Below, in pieces: positions 1-9,901 of a stretch of 64,000 bases of DNA. The notes under the pieces are model-generated. The model worked only from the letters and a program-made list of their open reading frames with translations, was not told the origin of the DNA and made no database searches. Source of the DNA: Octopus vulgaris (lineage: Eukaryota); contig OX597838.1 of the NCBI GenBank assembly GCA_951406725.2, positions 11,594,001-11,658,000 of the forward strand, given 5' to 3'. Both the position numbers and the translations under genes were made by a program. Positions within the stretch are counted from its first letter, which is position 1. Every line of letters begins with the position of its first letter.

Positions 1-258
1 TCTTGGGGATATTCAGCGTGACACAGAGAGTGACAAGGCCGGCCCTTTGAAATACATGTACAACAGAAACAGGAAGTAAGAGTGAGAGAAAGTTGTGGTG
101 AAAGTGTACAGCAGGGATCACCACCATCCCCTGCCGGAGCCTCGTGGAGCTTTAGGTGTTTTCGCTCAATAAACACTCACAACGCCCGGTCTGGGAATCG
201 AAACCGCGATCCTATGACCGTGAGTCCGCTGCCCTAACCACTGGGCCATTGCACCTCC
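1..258 (-). mobile_element. tRNA-headed SINE family A (resembles octopus OR-type SINEs), cut by the window edge
   Basis: Reverse complement of the 8286-8670 copy. Confidence 0.85.
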
Positions 259-502
259 TATTATTTTGTGTATCAGTTAAATAAATAAGACTGATCCATA
301 ACTTTGGCTCAAAAGAGATTCGTTAGGGGTAAGTCAATTTAATCATCTCCCAATATATTTTTCCTTTAATGACCCCAAAAAATGAAAAAGCAAAGAAACC
401 ACTGAAACAGTACTGGAGTCAACCCTTCAAAGTGGTGCCCCAGTATGGCCACAGTCCAGTGACTGGAACAAGTAAACAATAGAAGACAAAGATGTTCCAT
501 AG

Positions 503-884
503 TACTCTTTTACTTGTTTCAGTCATTTGACTGCGGCCATGCTGGAGCACCACCTTTTAGTCGAGCGACTCGACCCTGGGACTTATTCTTTTGTAAGCCC
601 AGTACTTATTCTATCGGTCTCTTTTGCCGAACCGCTAAGTAACGGGGACATAAACACACCAGCATCGGTTGTCAAGCAATGCTAGGGGAACAAACACACA
701 CACACACATATATATATATACGACGGGCTTCTTCCAGTTTCCGTCTACCAAATCCACTCACAAGGCTTTAGTTGGCCCGGAGCTATAGCAGAAGACACTT
801 GCCCAAGGCGCCACGCAGTGGGACTGAACCCGGTACCATGTGGTTAGTAAGCAAGCTACTTACCACACAGCCACTCCTACGCCT
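503..884 (-). mobile_element. tRNA-headed SINE family B (~400 bp, internal TA/TG microsatellite)
   Basis: Head GGCG.AGGAGTGGCTGTGTGGTAAG...GGTTCAGTCCC, body CTTGGGCAAGTGTCTTCT, tail CCAGCATGGCCGCAGTCAAATGACTGAAACAAGTAAAAGAG; many copies in the window. Confidence 0.85.
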
Positions 885-993
885 ATAATAATAATAAAGA
901 AACTAAACACTTAATACACCAATAATTTAATACTCTTGGGTACAAACAAATCTGTACTTTGAAAAAGGGGACAGTCACAATATAGATATTTAC

Positions 994-1139
994 CTGTGGT
1001 ACTGTGGCTGTAGTATATCGTCTGTTTTAATTGCTTCGTTAATATACATCTCCAGTTTACAGGGAAAAGGCAAACTACTGTCCAGGTCATATACATAACT
1101 CTCTCCTTCCAGTCTCCACAGAAATATGACATGATAATC
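994..1139 (-). CDS. NTAQ1: NTAQ1 coding exon 4
   Basis: accag|DYHVIFL...VYDLDSSLPFPC...QYH-AG|gtaaat. Confidence 0.95.
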
Positions 1140-4100
1140 CTGGTCACATAAAACAGAAAAGAAATAACATGAATTTCAATTTACATAATTTTTAGGACTA
1201 GTAATTTCATCTTTACAATGTAAATCATCATCATCATCGTTTAGCGTCCGCTTTCCATGCTAGCATGGGTTGGACGGTTCAACTGGGGTCTGTGAAGCCA
1301 GAAGGCTTCATCAGGCCTAGTCAGGTCTGGCAGTGTTTCTACGGCTGGATGCCCTTCCCAAAGCCAACCACTCCGTGAGTGTAGTGCGTGCTTTTTACGT
1401 GCCACCCGCGGGGTGACTGGGGAAAGATTTAAAGAGAGAGAGAGAAAGTGTGTGTGTGTGTACATGCATCAGCCTCGTCTGGCCCCCATGCCGGTGGCAC
1501 ATAAAAAGCACCATCCGATCGTGGCCATTTGCCAGACTCGTCTGGTACCTGTGACGGTGGCACGTAAAAAGCACCCACTACATTCATGGAGTGGTTGGCG
1601 TTAGGAAGGGCATCCAGCTGTAGAAACATTGCCAGATCAGACTGGGCCTGGTGCAGCCTTCTGGCTTCCCAGACCCCAGTTGAACCGTCCAACCCATGCT
1701 AGCATGGAAAGCGGACGCTAAACGATGATGATGATGACGACGATGATACACACACACACACACACATGGTAGTAGATAAAATAATCAAGGTCATGAAGGT
1801 GGGGGTGGAAGCCACAGGTCCATGGGGGACAGTTGCAGAAATGCTTAAAATATCTGGAGAAGTAATATACAAGACTAGCGCTATGACCCGGCAATGTCGG
1901 GTCATAGTGCTAGTGCATGCGTATATAGATGCGTGCGTGCACACATACACGCGAGTACTGTCCAAATCTCTGACCAATCACATACAGCTAGCTGGCATTC
2001 AATTGGCGTATCAAGTTTCGGGCATTTTGATTGGGTTTTGGATAGAAAGTTCACAAAAAAGTAACTTCTATTGATATTTTCATGGCTTTACGGGGTGACT
2101 GAGGAAATATAAAGATGTGCACGACCACCCTTGGACAGCTCTGAATGACCATAGAAAGTGCGAGCCCTCTAACTGTGGATTTGTATAAAGGACACACACA
2201 CACACATTTTGCCGTTTATATATATAGAGATTATCATTTATTTAGTTAATCAAGTCATTCAAGGTGTTATACCCAATGATTAGCACAGCAAGATCTTTGT
2301 AAACTGCTACAAGGGCAAAGGTGATGCTTTAGAGAAAAGCAACAAGAGAGGAATCAGACTTCTAGTTATGAAGATCATAGAGAAAGTTGTAGACCAGTTG
2401 ACCCTGAGAGGATAGACCCGGATGAGATGTAGTTTGGCTTCATATCCCAAAGAGGTAAGGAGAAATACCTAACTAAGAATAAACCATTATGCTTGGCTTT
2501 CATTAATTTGGAGAAAGCATTTGACAGGATACTACATTCAGTAATTTAGTGGGCTCTGAGGAAACAAGGTGTAAATGAATGGTTTGTGCAGGAAATTCAA
2601 ACTATGGACAAGGATGTTGTAAGCAAAGTAAAAGTTGGTAATGACTTCAGTGATGAATTTAATGTGGCAGTAGGAGTCTATCAAAGATCAATCCTCTCTT
2701 ATTCGCCATAATCCTGCAAGCCATCAACTGAGAAGTTGAAGACTGGCTGTACATGGGAACTCCTTAGTTCTTATAGCTGAATCTATAGGGGAATAAGAGA
2801 AAATATTCCAGGCATGAAAGCTAAACCTAAGTATAGGGGTTTATCTTTAGCTAGGTATTTCTCCTGCAGTTGTCGAACCAGGAATATGGCATCAGTGGTG
2901 CTTCTACTCGGCACAGAACCGAACTGCATCTCATCTAAGCAGACTCTCAGCCTATCATCATCATCATCATCATCGTTTAGCATCCGCTTTCCATGCTAGC
3001 ATGGGTTGGACGGTGCAACTGGGGTCTGGGAAGCCAGAAGGCTGCACCAGGCCCAGTCTGATCTGGCAATGTTTCTACGGCTGGATGCCCTTCCTAACGC
3101 CAACCACTCCATGAGTGTAGTGGGTACTTTTTACGTGCCACCAGCACAGGAGCCAGACGAGGCTGGCAAACAGCCACGATCGGATGGTGCTCCTTTATGC
3201 TGGGAAAAATAAAATCATAATCTGCTATAGAATAAAATTTTAATAACTGATGGAGAACCATTGTGGGAATTTCGTGCAGTAAATGTATATATGTAGAGCT
3301 TGATGAAATTCCCTCAATAAAACCTGTAGGGATGTCAGCTAAAAATGGCTGCATTTAATGAAATATAAATTTAAATATCAGAAATATTAAATTTCTAAAT
3401 ATCTCTATGAGATATTTAGAAATTTAATATTTCTGATTTTGGTGATCAGTGAATAAACTTCACTGAAAATATATATATATATTTACGAGATCTAGACAAA
3501 TATCTTCGGCTAGCAGGCCTCTTCTACTCTAGACTGATGATGGGCAAGACCCAGAAACATGCATGTCTCTAGATGCAGGCCTAGCTGTTGGGGGTGTTTG
3601 TCTCCCCTTCGTAAATATATAAGGACACAGGAAATGTGTTGAAGCCGACAGGAAGCGCCGATGCTTCCTAGGGCTAAACAGCGGTGGTGTAATTCCCCTA
3701 CGGGACTGTCACGTTAAGTTGACAGTATACAACTACTCTAAATTTAAATAGATAAAAGTGTAACATTGAAAGTATATGCCAGTGAACCGATAGATAGCAA
3801 TGTCATTACCATAGGATTAGAAATAAAAAAGACTAAGTTCTAATCCAGACTGGTTATTTGTATACATATCTAAGAATAAGACACTTAATGACAATTGGAT
3901 ATCAAAATAATCAAAAAAGAGTATAGATGTAAATATTAAAACATTTTTGAAGTCTAAAAGTGAAGATAAAAGAAAAAATAATAACTGTAAGGAAATTGTG
4001 TTTGATGACTTACCCATACAACTGGTTCGTCAGGTTTCCCAATTTTCTGGTGCCAGATTGGAACCTAACAAGAAACAAAAAAAAACATTCATTTATTCTT

Positions 4101-4379
4101 TTACTACATATGTTTCTTTATTAGCTACACAGGGCTGAACACATATATATGTGTATATATATGTGTACATATGCACTAGCACTATGACCTGGCAACGACG
4201 GGTCATAATGATAGTATATATATATATATATATATATGCTAGCGGTTCGGCAAAAGAGACCGATAGAATAAGTACTGGGCTTAGAAAAGAATAAGACCCG
4301 GGGTCGAGTTGCTCGATTAAAGGCGGTGCTCCAGCATGGCCGCAGTCAAATGACTGAAACAAGTAAAAGAGTAAAAGAG

Positions 4380-4434
<55 letters not shown>

Positions 4435-6658
4435 TCATCATCATCATCGTTTAGCGTCCGCTTTCCATGTTAGCACGGGTTGGATGGTTCGACCGGGTTT
4501 CTGGGAAGCCAGAAGGCTGCACCAGGCTCCAGTCTGATCTGGCAGTGTTTCTACAGCTGGATGCCCTTCCTAACGCCAACCACTCCGTGAGTGTGGTGGG
4601 TGCTTTTTACGTGCCACCTGCATAGGTGCCAGGTTAGGCTGGCAATGGCCACGATCGGATTGGTGCATTTTACGTGCCACCGACACGGAAGCCAGTCAAG
4701 GCGGTGCTGGCATTGTCCATGATTCGGATGGTGCTTTTTACGTGCCAGTGGCATGGAAGCCAGTCAAGGCGGCGCTGGCATCGGCCACAATTCGGATAGT
4801 GCTTTTTACATGCCACCGGCACGGAAGCCAGTCTAGGCGGCGCTGGCATCGGCCACGTTCAGATGGTGCTTTTTACGTCCCACCGACACAGGGATCACAA
4901 CTGCAGTTTCCATTGATTTTGATGTTGGTGTACTTGACTCAATGGATCTCCTCAAGCACAGGGTTGAAATGGTGTTTCTTCACTTGCCACCTGCAACTGC
5001 CGGGTAAATATTTTGAGTTTCATTGATGTAACAAAATGAGATACTTACTGCCCTATCTTCATTTGAAATAAAGACAACGGAACAGAATTCTAGTTCTTCA
5101 GGTCGGTCAATGTTGACGGCTTCACACAGTTTCCATACATTCTCTTCGCTACAATAGAGAGAGACAAAGAAAGAGGATGAGATACACATTGGGGTAAGAG
5201 AGAGCAGGTGAGAGATGGTGAAAGGGAGAGACAGAGAAATTGAGAAATGAAAGAGCAGAATAAACAAACTGAAAAAAAAAAAAACGAGGGGAGATAAATA
5301 AAGTTCCAGGCTAAAAATCACAAGTACTGGGGGTCGATTCATTCGACTAAAAATTTCTCCAAGACGGTGCTCCAGCACGGACGCAGTCTAATGACTGAAA
5401 CAAGATACACACACACACTTTAAATGCCGAAAATCTTTATTTCCTTTCACACATAACGGGATTAAACCTTGTCTTGCTGATCTCCCTTCAACTGCCCACT
5501 TGTCATAAAATTTATAGACGTATTTTCATAACAAAACAATATGAATGAACTTATATGTACGCATATATGTGTCGGAGGTGATATTTCCTTTCGTAATCCA
5601 GAACGTAATTTTTTTCGAGACAACCTTCCGGGTATAATTATCACAGGTGTAGGTGCGGCCTTCTATGAACAACTTGTGCTGCTTAATTTTCTTTATGTAC
5701 AATGTTTATCTTTTTTTTACCTCCTATAAATTAGGGTATTAAGGAAACGATGCCTAAATTGGATTTTGAATTTCAGAGAACGAAATGCTTAGATGCCAAT
5801 TAATTATCTGTAAGAAATACGACAGGAAATCTATAAACTTTTAACCATGTAATATTATGAACACCGGGAATAAATCATTTTTAATCCCTGAAGCAAAATG
5901 TCCTCAAACTAGTATACCTACCTACTTGTAACTTAAGAGTGCTATTACGACGTCGGTACACCAGTTACCAGCTAGAGACAATGTTCGTTAGTTTGTATGT
6001 AAGCTGTGCAGAGGAGGATTGAACCATAACCGAGGTATTTCAGTGTGATAATAATAATAATTGTGTACAGTGCTCAGGTGCACTACAATGGGACAAATTT
6101 TCTAACCGGACGGAACACCGGGACATACCTTTCAAACCGGGAATATGATAAACCAATAATATACACACACACATATATATATATTTAAAGGGCTAATATA
6201 TATATATATATAGGGCTATATATATATATTTATTTAAAGGGCTTTAAATATACACATGTATTAGAATTTTCTCTGATCTTTCAGATTTTTGTATGCTAGG
6301 CTAATGGTTTTAAATTGATATTAATTAAATTAATATTCAATTTATCTCCCTCATTATTTAAATTTATATATATATATATATGCAATATTATCTGTAAACA
6401 ACTACAGTTTTCTCTCTTTATAATAAACAAAAAAAAAATAGCCGTACGCTAATACATAAATCAATTACAGAAACATTTATATATTTCTTTATAAATTTCT
6501 CTATAAACACGCACATACAAACACATATTAATATATTTATCTCACCAGTAATATTTGACGTGCATGCACTGTTTGGCAGGCGGTACGGGACCCCTTCGTG
6601 CTATGTCTATGGGAAGCTTTTGGCTCCAAGAACTGCTTTCACATTTACTTTCTGACAT
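994..6658 (-). CDS. NTAQ1: Protein N-terminal glutamine amidohydrolase (Nt-Q amidase), 5' part; exons 6546-6658, 5049-5148, 4014-4064, 994-1139; 3' exons lie left of the window
   Basis: Spliced translation MSESKCESSSWSQKLPIDIARRGPVPPAKQCMHVKYYC/EENVWKLCEAVNIDRPEELEFCSVVFISNEDRA/VPIWHQKIGKPDEPVVW/DYHVIFLWRLEGESYVYDLDSSLPFPCKLEMYINEAIKTDDILQPQYH(R). It contains the family signatures YCEEN (catalytic Cys), WDYHV (His) and YDLD (Asp). Introns are GT-AG with compatible phases (2,0,0,2). Confidence 0.95.
1766..2950 (+). mobile_element. Degenerate RTE ORF2 relic, interrupted, with an inverted RT piece at 2830-2950
   Basis: KIIKVMKVG.ATGP.G..AEMLK; on the - strand LDEMQFGSVPSRSTTDAIFLVRQLQEKYLAKDKPLY. 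Confidence 0.7.
2065..2230 (-). mobile_element. Helitron-like 5' end repeat; second copy at 35970-36150
   Basis: Reverse complement begins TCTCTATATATATAAACGGCAAAATG; two dispersed copies. Confidence 0.5.
3377..3437. repeat. Perfect 29-bp inverted repeat with 3-nt loop
   Basis: ATCAGAAATATTAAATTTCTAAATATCTC-tat-GAGATATTTAGAAATTTAATATTTCTGAT. Confidence 0.95.
3528..3573 (+). ncRNA. Type I hammerhead ribozyme
   Basis: TCTAGA(stem I)-CTGATGA-TGGG caaga CCCA(stem II)-GAAA-CATGCATG(palindromic stem III)-TC^-TCTAGA(stem I'). The core is intact with a GUC triplet; predicted cleavage is after C3567. Confidence 0.88.
4014..4064 (-). CDS. NTAQ1: NTAQ1 coding exon 3
   Basis: ttgttag|VPIWHQKIGKPDEPVVW|gtaagt, 51 nt. 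Confidence 0.95.
4431..4990 (-). mobile_element. Family E: RTE-type retroposon 3' end with (GAT)n tail and internal ~52-63-bp tandem units
   Basis: AGGAAGGGCATCCAGCTGTAGAAAC...CCAACCCATGCTAGCATGGAAAGCGGACG.TAAAC(GAT)n. Other copies: 1224-1390(-), 1467-1746, 2954-3195(-), 14449-14637(-), 18184-18362(-), 22130-22487, 28570-28864, 30878-31027, 34950-35249, 38575-38795(-), 45052-45178(-), 45920-46260(-), 47765-47950, 52541-52782(-), 57560-57947, 63503-63855(-). Confidence 0.8.
5049..5148 (-). CDS. NTAQ1: NTAQ1 coding exon 2
   Basis: tattgtag|C GAA GAG AAT GTA TGG...GCA|gtaagt; EENVWKLC...VFISN. Confidence 0.95.
6546..6658 (-). CDS. NTAQ1: NTAQ1 coding exon 1
   Basis: ATG at 6658; ends ...KYY-TG|gtgag. 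The 113 nt join in phase to C of the next exon to give YYCEEN. Confidence 0.88.
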
Positions 6659-7247
6659 CTTCGTGCGTGACGAGCCTCACTCTGGCAACTGAGTCGTCGT
6701 GGTCGCAGTGGTGATACTGAAACGGAATGGTATTGGAGGGGGCGGAGTTTCGAATCAGGGCACCTACATATGTTGAATTTTCTCCGTTTTTTGCTCTGAT
6801 TTTTTTTTTTTTTTTTTTTAATGACTTTTTCACCACGGCCTTCGAAATGATGGGGGAGGGGGGGCATCATTTTATGAACAAATTTTTTATGATTTTCTTT
6901 TTCACTTCCCCTTACTTCCAGATCGATTCTGGCTAATCTGTTTTGTACTTCACACTAAAAAAAACCACGCGAGAAGCCTACCTTATAGGTAAAAGAAAAA
7001 AAGGAAAAGAAAACATTTAAAAAAGTATTTTCAGGAGAAAAGGTTTATAATTTAAGGGATATTTGGCTGTTGTTTCTAACACATCCTACAACTACTTTTC
7101 TCGTTTCTTTGTCACTTTGACATGTATTATGGAATGTTTAGCTCAAGGTGGTCCAGAGTCAAAACGAAAGATCGCCCAATATTTTTTCATTTCAAAATCT
7201 TTAAAAGATTTGATGTTGATTTTCAACATTTTCGGTTGACGTATAGG

Positions 7248-7515
7248 GGATCTATTCCATTTCACGTACAGATTTTTAAATTAAACACTTTGAAACTTCG
7301 GATAGTGGTAGAACGTGTTACGTAAAACAGGGTTTACTATTAACGTTTTGACAAAATTGGATCTATTCCATTTGACGGACAGATTGAAAAATAATTTTTT
7401 CAAAACTAAACATAACTTCTAAAATACAAAATACCGTTCTATGTGACACGTTCTACCAGTATCCGAAGTTTCAAAGTGTTTAGTTAAAAAATCTGTCCGT
7501 CAAATGGATAGATCC
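7248..7515. mobile_element. Foldback MITE with ~85-bp imperfect TIRs
   Basis: GGATCTATTCCATTT..CG.ACAGATTTTT...CTTCGGATA.TGGTAGAACGTG is mirrored at 7430-7515; a second internal TIR start occurs at 7359. Confidence 0.75.
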
Positions 7516-7522
7516 ATGTTTT

Positions 7523-7693
7523 GGCGATCCTTCGGTATAGGTACGGTAAGTACCGGAAGTGGCTTTGTTTACTTTTCTGAAGATAACAGAAACCCTTTTC
7601 TCCCACCCCTAACCCTAACACAAACCCTAACCCACCATATATATAAAAATCACTTTCTTGAAATGTATCCGGTACCTATACCGAAGTTACGCC
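7523..7693. mobile_element. MITE with GGCG..CTTCGGTATAGGTAC TIRs and internal CCCTAA units; second copy at 9684-9859
   Basis: TIR pair is visible, with two related copies. Confidence 0.75.
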
Positions 7694-7872
7694 AACTTTT
7701 TTTAAAAATTAGGGTGAGGGAGGAAAGGGAAAGGTTAATGTGGAAATTAAAATTTATATCGAAAACACGTAGAAAAAAAAAAAAATAAACGAAAAGCGGA
7801 GGGGTATTTACACGCTACCCTCGTCCAACACCGATCGTAATTCAGCAAGATCAGAAATGATGTGAGCAGATA

Positions 7873-8266
7873 GTTTAAAGCTGAAGATGTCTGTGTGTGT
7901 ATGGCAGGTTTGGTAGCCTTCAACTAACACTATCTCCCCCGAGACCCTGCGGCGCAAGTTGACCAAAATTGAGAGTATGATAGAAGAAAGCTTGCTCTTC
8001 CTTCCGTAGAAGAAAAATTTCAAATCAGACTATGTTAGCACCAAAAATTATTTACATAAAAAAGGTGCTTTTTATTTTCTATGAAAATCCCTATTTTTTA
8101 CGATTTTTTTTATTGCTGTGTCGTCATTTTTCGGGATGTATTTCAACCAGAAAAATGTTCAATTAAAGAGAATAACAAACTACATAATGCAAAATTTTTA
8201 CTTTTCAAAAATTCCAATTCTAAAGGGTCGAAACAAACCCCGAGCAACGCCGGGCGATTCTGCTAG
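7873..8266 (+). mobile_element. Non-autonomous Helitron-like element (3' end clear, 5' boundary approximate)
   Basis: Subterminal hairpin CCCGAGCAACGCCGGG followed by CTAG|T at 8263-8267. Confidence 0.65.
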
Positions 8267-8285
8267 TAACAGTGGTTATACAAGC

Positions 8286-8670
8286 GGAGGCGCAATGGCC
8301 CATTGGTTAGGGCAGCGGACTCGCGGTCGGAGGATCGCGGTTTCGATTCCCAGACCGGGCGTTGTGAGTGTTTATTGAGCGAAAACACCTAAAAGCTCCC
8401 CGAGGCTCCAGCAGGGGATGGTGGTGATCCCTGCTGTACTCTTTCACCACAACTTTCTCTCACTCTTACTTCTTGTTTCTGTTGTACCTGTATTTCAAAG
8501 GGCCGGCCTTGTCACTCTCTGTGTCACGCTGAATATCCCCGAGAACTTATGTTAAGGGTACACGTGTCTGTGGAGTGCTCAGCTACTTACACGTTAATTT
8601 CACGAGCAGGCTGTTCCGTTGATTCGGATCAACCGGAACCCTCGTCGTCGTAACCGACGGAGTGCTTCCA
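8286..8670 (+). mobile_element. tRNA-headed SINE family A, full length
   Basis: Head GGAGGCGCAATGGCCCA.TGGTTAGGGCA...GGTTTCGATTCCC has Pol III A/B boxes. Near-identical copies occur at 1-258 and 45198-45580. Confidence 0.88.
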
Positions 8671-9181
8671 CAAGTTATACAACGAAAGAGAAATAAAAAA
8701 AAGGGGAGAGAAGCGGGTTGTTTCTAGGGGGACGTAACTCTCGATTTATTTCCTACTCCATTATTTATCTGAAGATCTTTCTTTCGCTTAGTGTCCTCTA
8801 AGCCAAGGTTGTGTCGTCTGAACACATGCAATATATCGCTCTAAATTAATCCAGTCGAACCTTCGAAGTCCTTACGCTCTATAGTTCCCCCAGCCGAAGT
8901 CGGGACTTCCACTATGTCGCCTTTTCTTTACCACTTCTCCTTGACCGGGCCCTCATCCACATCATGCTGTGTGCAGACGTGAAGTTTTGTGGTTTTTTCT
9001 CTCGAACCACGAGGTAACAGCCGCATCCTTTGCTGGTGGTGCTGTTTACCTATCACCACCACCATCATCATCCTCGAACTTGATAAATAATTGTGTCGAA
9101 GCCAGACACACACAATGTCTGTCCCGCTTCACTTCTTTAGCTCTATGATGCTTCAAGCCAGACGTCCCATCCGACGATAAC

Positions 9182-9221
9182 ATGTCACTCATACCACGCT
9201 GTTCGACGCTTTGCCGTCCGA
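9182..9221 (+). CDS. POLRMT: POLRMT exon 1 (start)
   Basis: [17 protein letters not shown]|gtaagt. Phase 1 matches exon 2, and there is an in-frame upstream stop at 9146. Confidence 0.75.
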
Positions 9222-9638
9222 GTAAGTCCTATTTCATCTTCTATATATATTTCATTATATTTTCTTTCTTCAGTTTGTTAGATGTATCTGTCAAGAAATA
9301 TCAAATTAACCAGGAATATGATAATAGCAATAAGAAGAAATACTTTATGTTTTTATTATTATTATATAACGATGAAGCATATTTTCATACTTTAAACTCA
9401 AGGCATGGTTTCGTTTGCGGTGACGGGATTTCTATTATAGGCACAAGGCCTAAAATTTGAGGGAAGGAGATTATCGAGTGTCTATTACATCGACCCCAGT
9501 GCGTAACTGGTACTTATTTAATCGACCCCGAAAGGATGAAAGGCAAAGTCGACCTCGGCGGAATTTGAACTCAGAACGTAACGGCAGACGAAATACCGCT
9601 AGCCCGGCGGGCTAACGATTCTGCCAGCTTGCCCCCAC

Positions 9639-9683
<45 letters not shown>

Positions 9684-9859
9684 GGCGAACCTTCGATATA
9701 GGTACACACGTGACTTTGTTTACATTTCTGAAGATAACAGAAACCCTTTTCTCCCACCCCTAACACAAACCTTAACCCTAACCCCCCATATATAAAAAAA
9801 AAAACACTTTCTTGAAATGTATCTGGTACTTACACCGGTACATATACCGAAGTTACGCC

Positions 9860-9901
<42 letters not shown>

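Larger units (their letters stand above)
6659..9181. promoter_or_regulatory. Divergent (head-to-head) promoter/5' UTR region of NTAQ1 and POLRMT
   Basis: Start codons point away from each other 2.5 kb apart. CpG-containing stretches lie at about 6560-6780 and 8700-9220. TSSs cannot be determined from sequence. Confidence 0.6.

Noticed and set aside
1290-1320. CTGATGA followed by a hairpin on the - strand
   Set aside because: It arises from point mutations in one family E copy (consensus CTGGTGCA), and no GAAA follows the stem.
7605-7635. Interstitial telomeric CCCTAA repeats
   Set aside because: There are only 3-4 interrupted units, and they are internal to a MITE that is also present at 9684-9859.
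8286-8360. tRNA gene
   Set aside because: The tRNA-like head continues into a ~385-bp dispersed repeat body and lacks a proper acceptor stem, so it is a SINE head. The same applies to families B and C.
8914-9180. Upstream ATGs (8914, 8964, 9115) as the POLRMT start
   Set aside because: Each meets an in-frame stop before the exon 1 donor. Only ATG 9182 gives the phase needed for exon 2.
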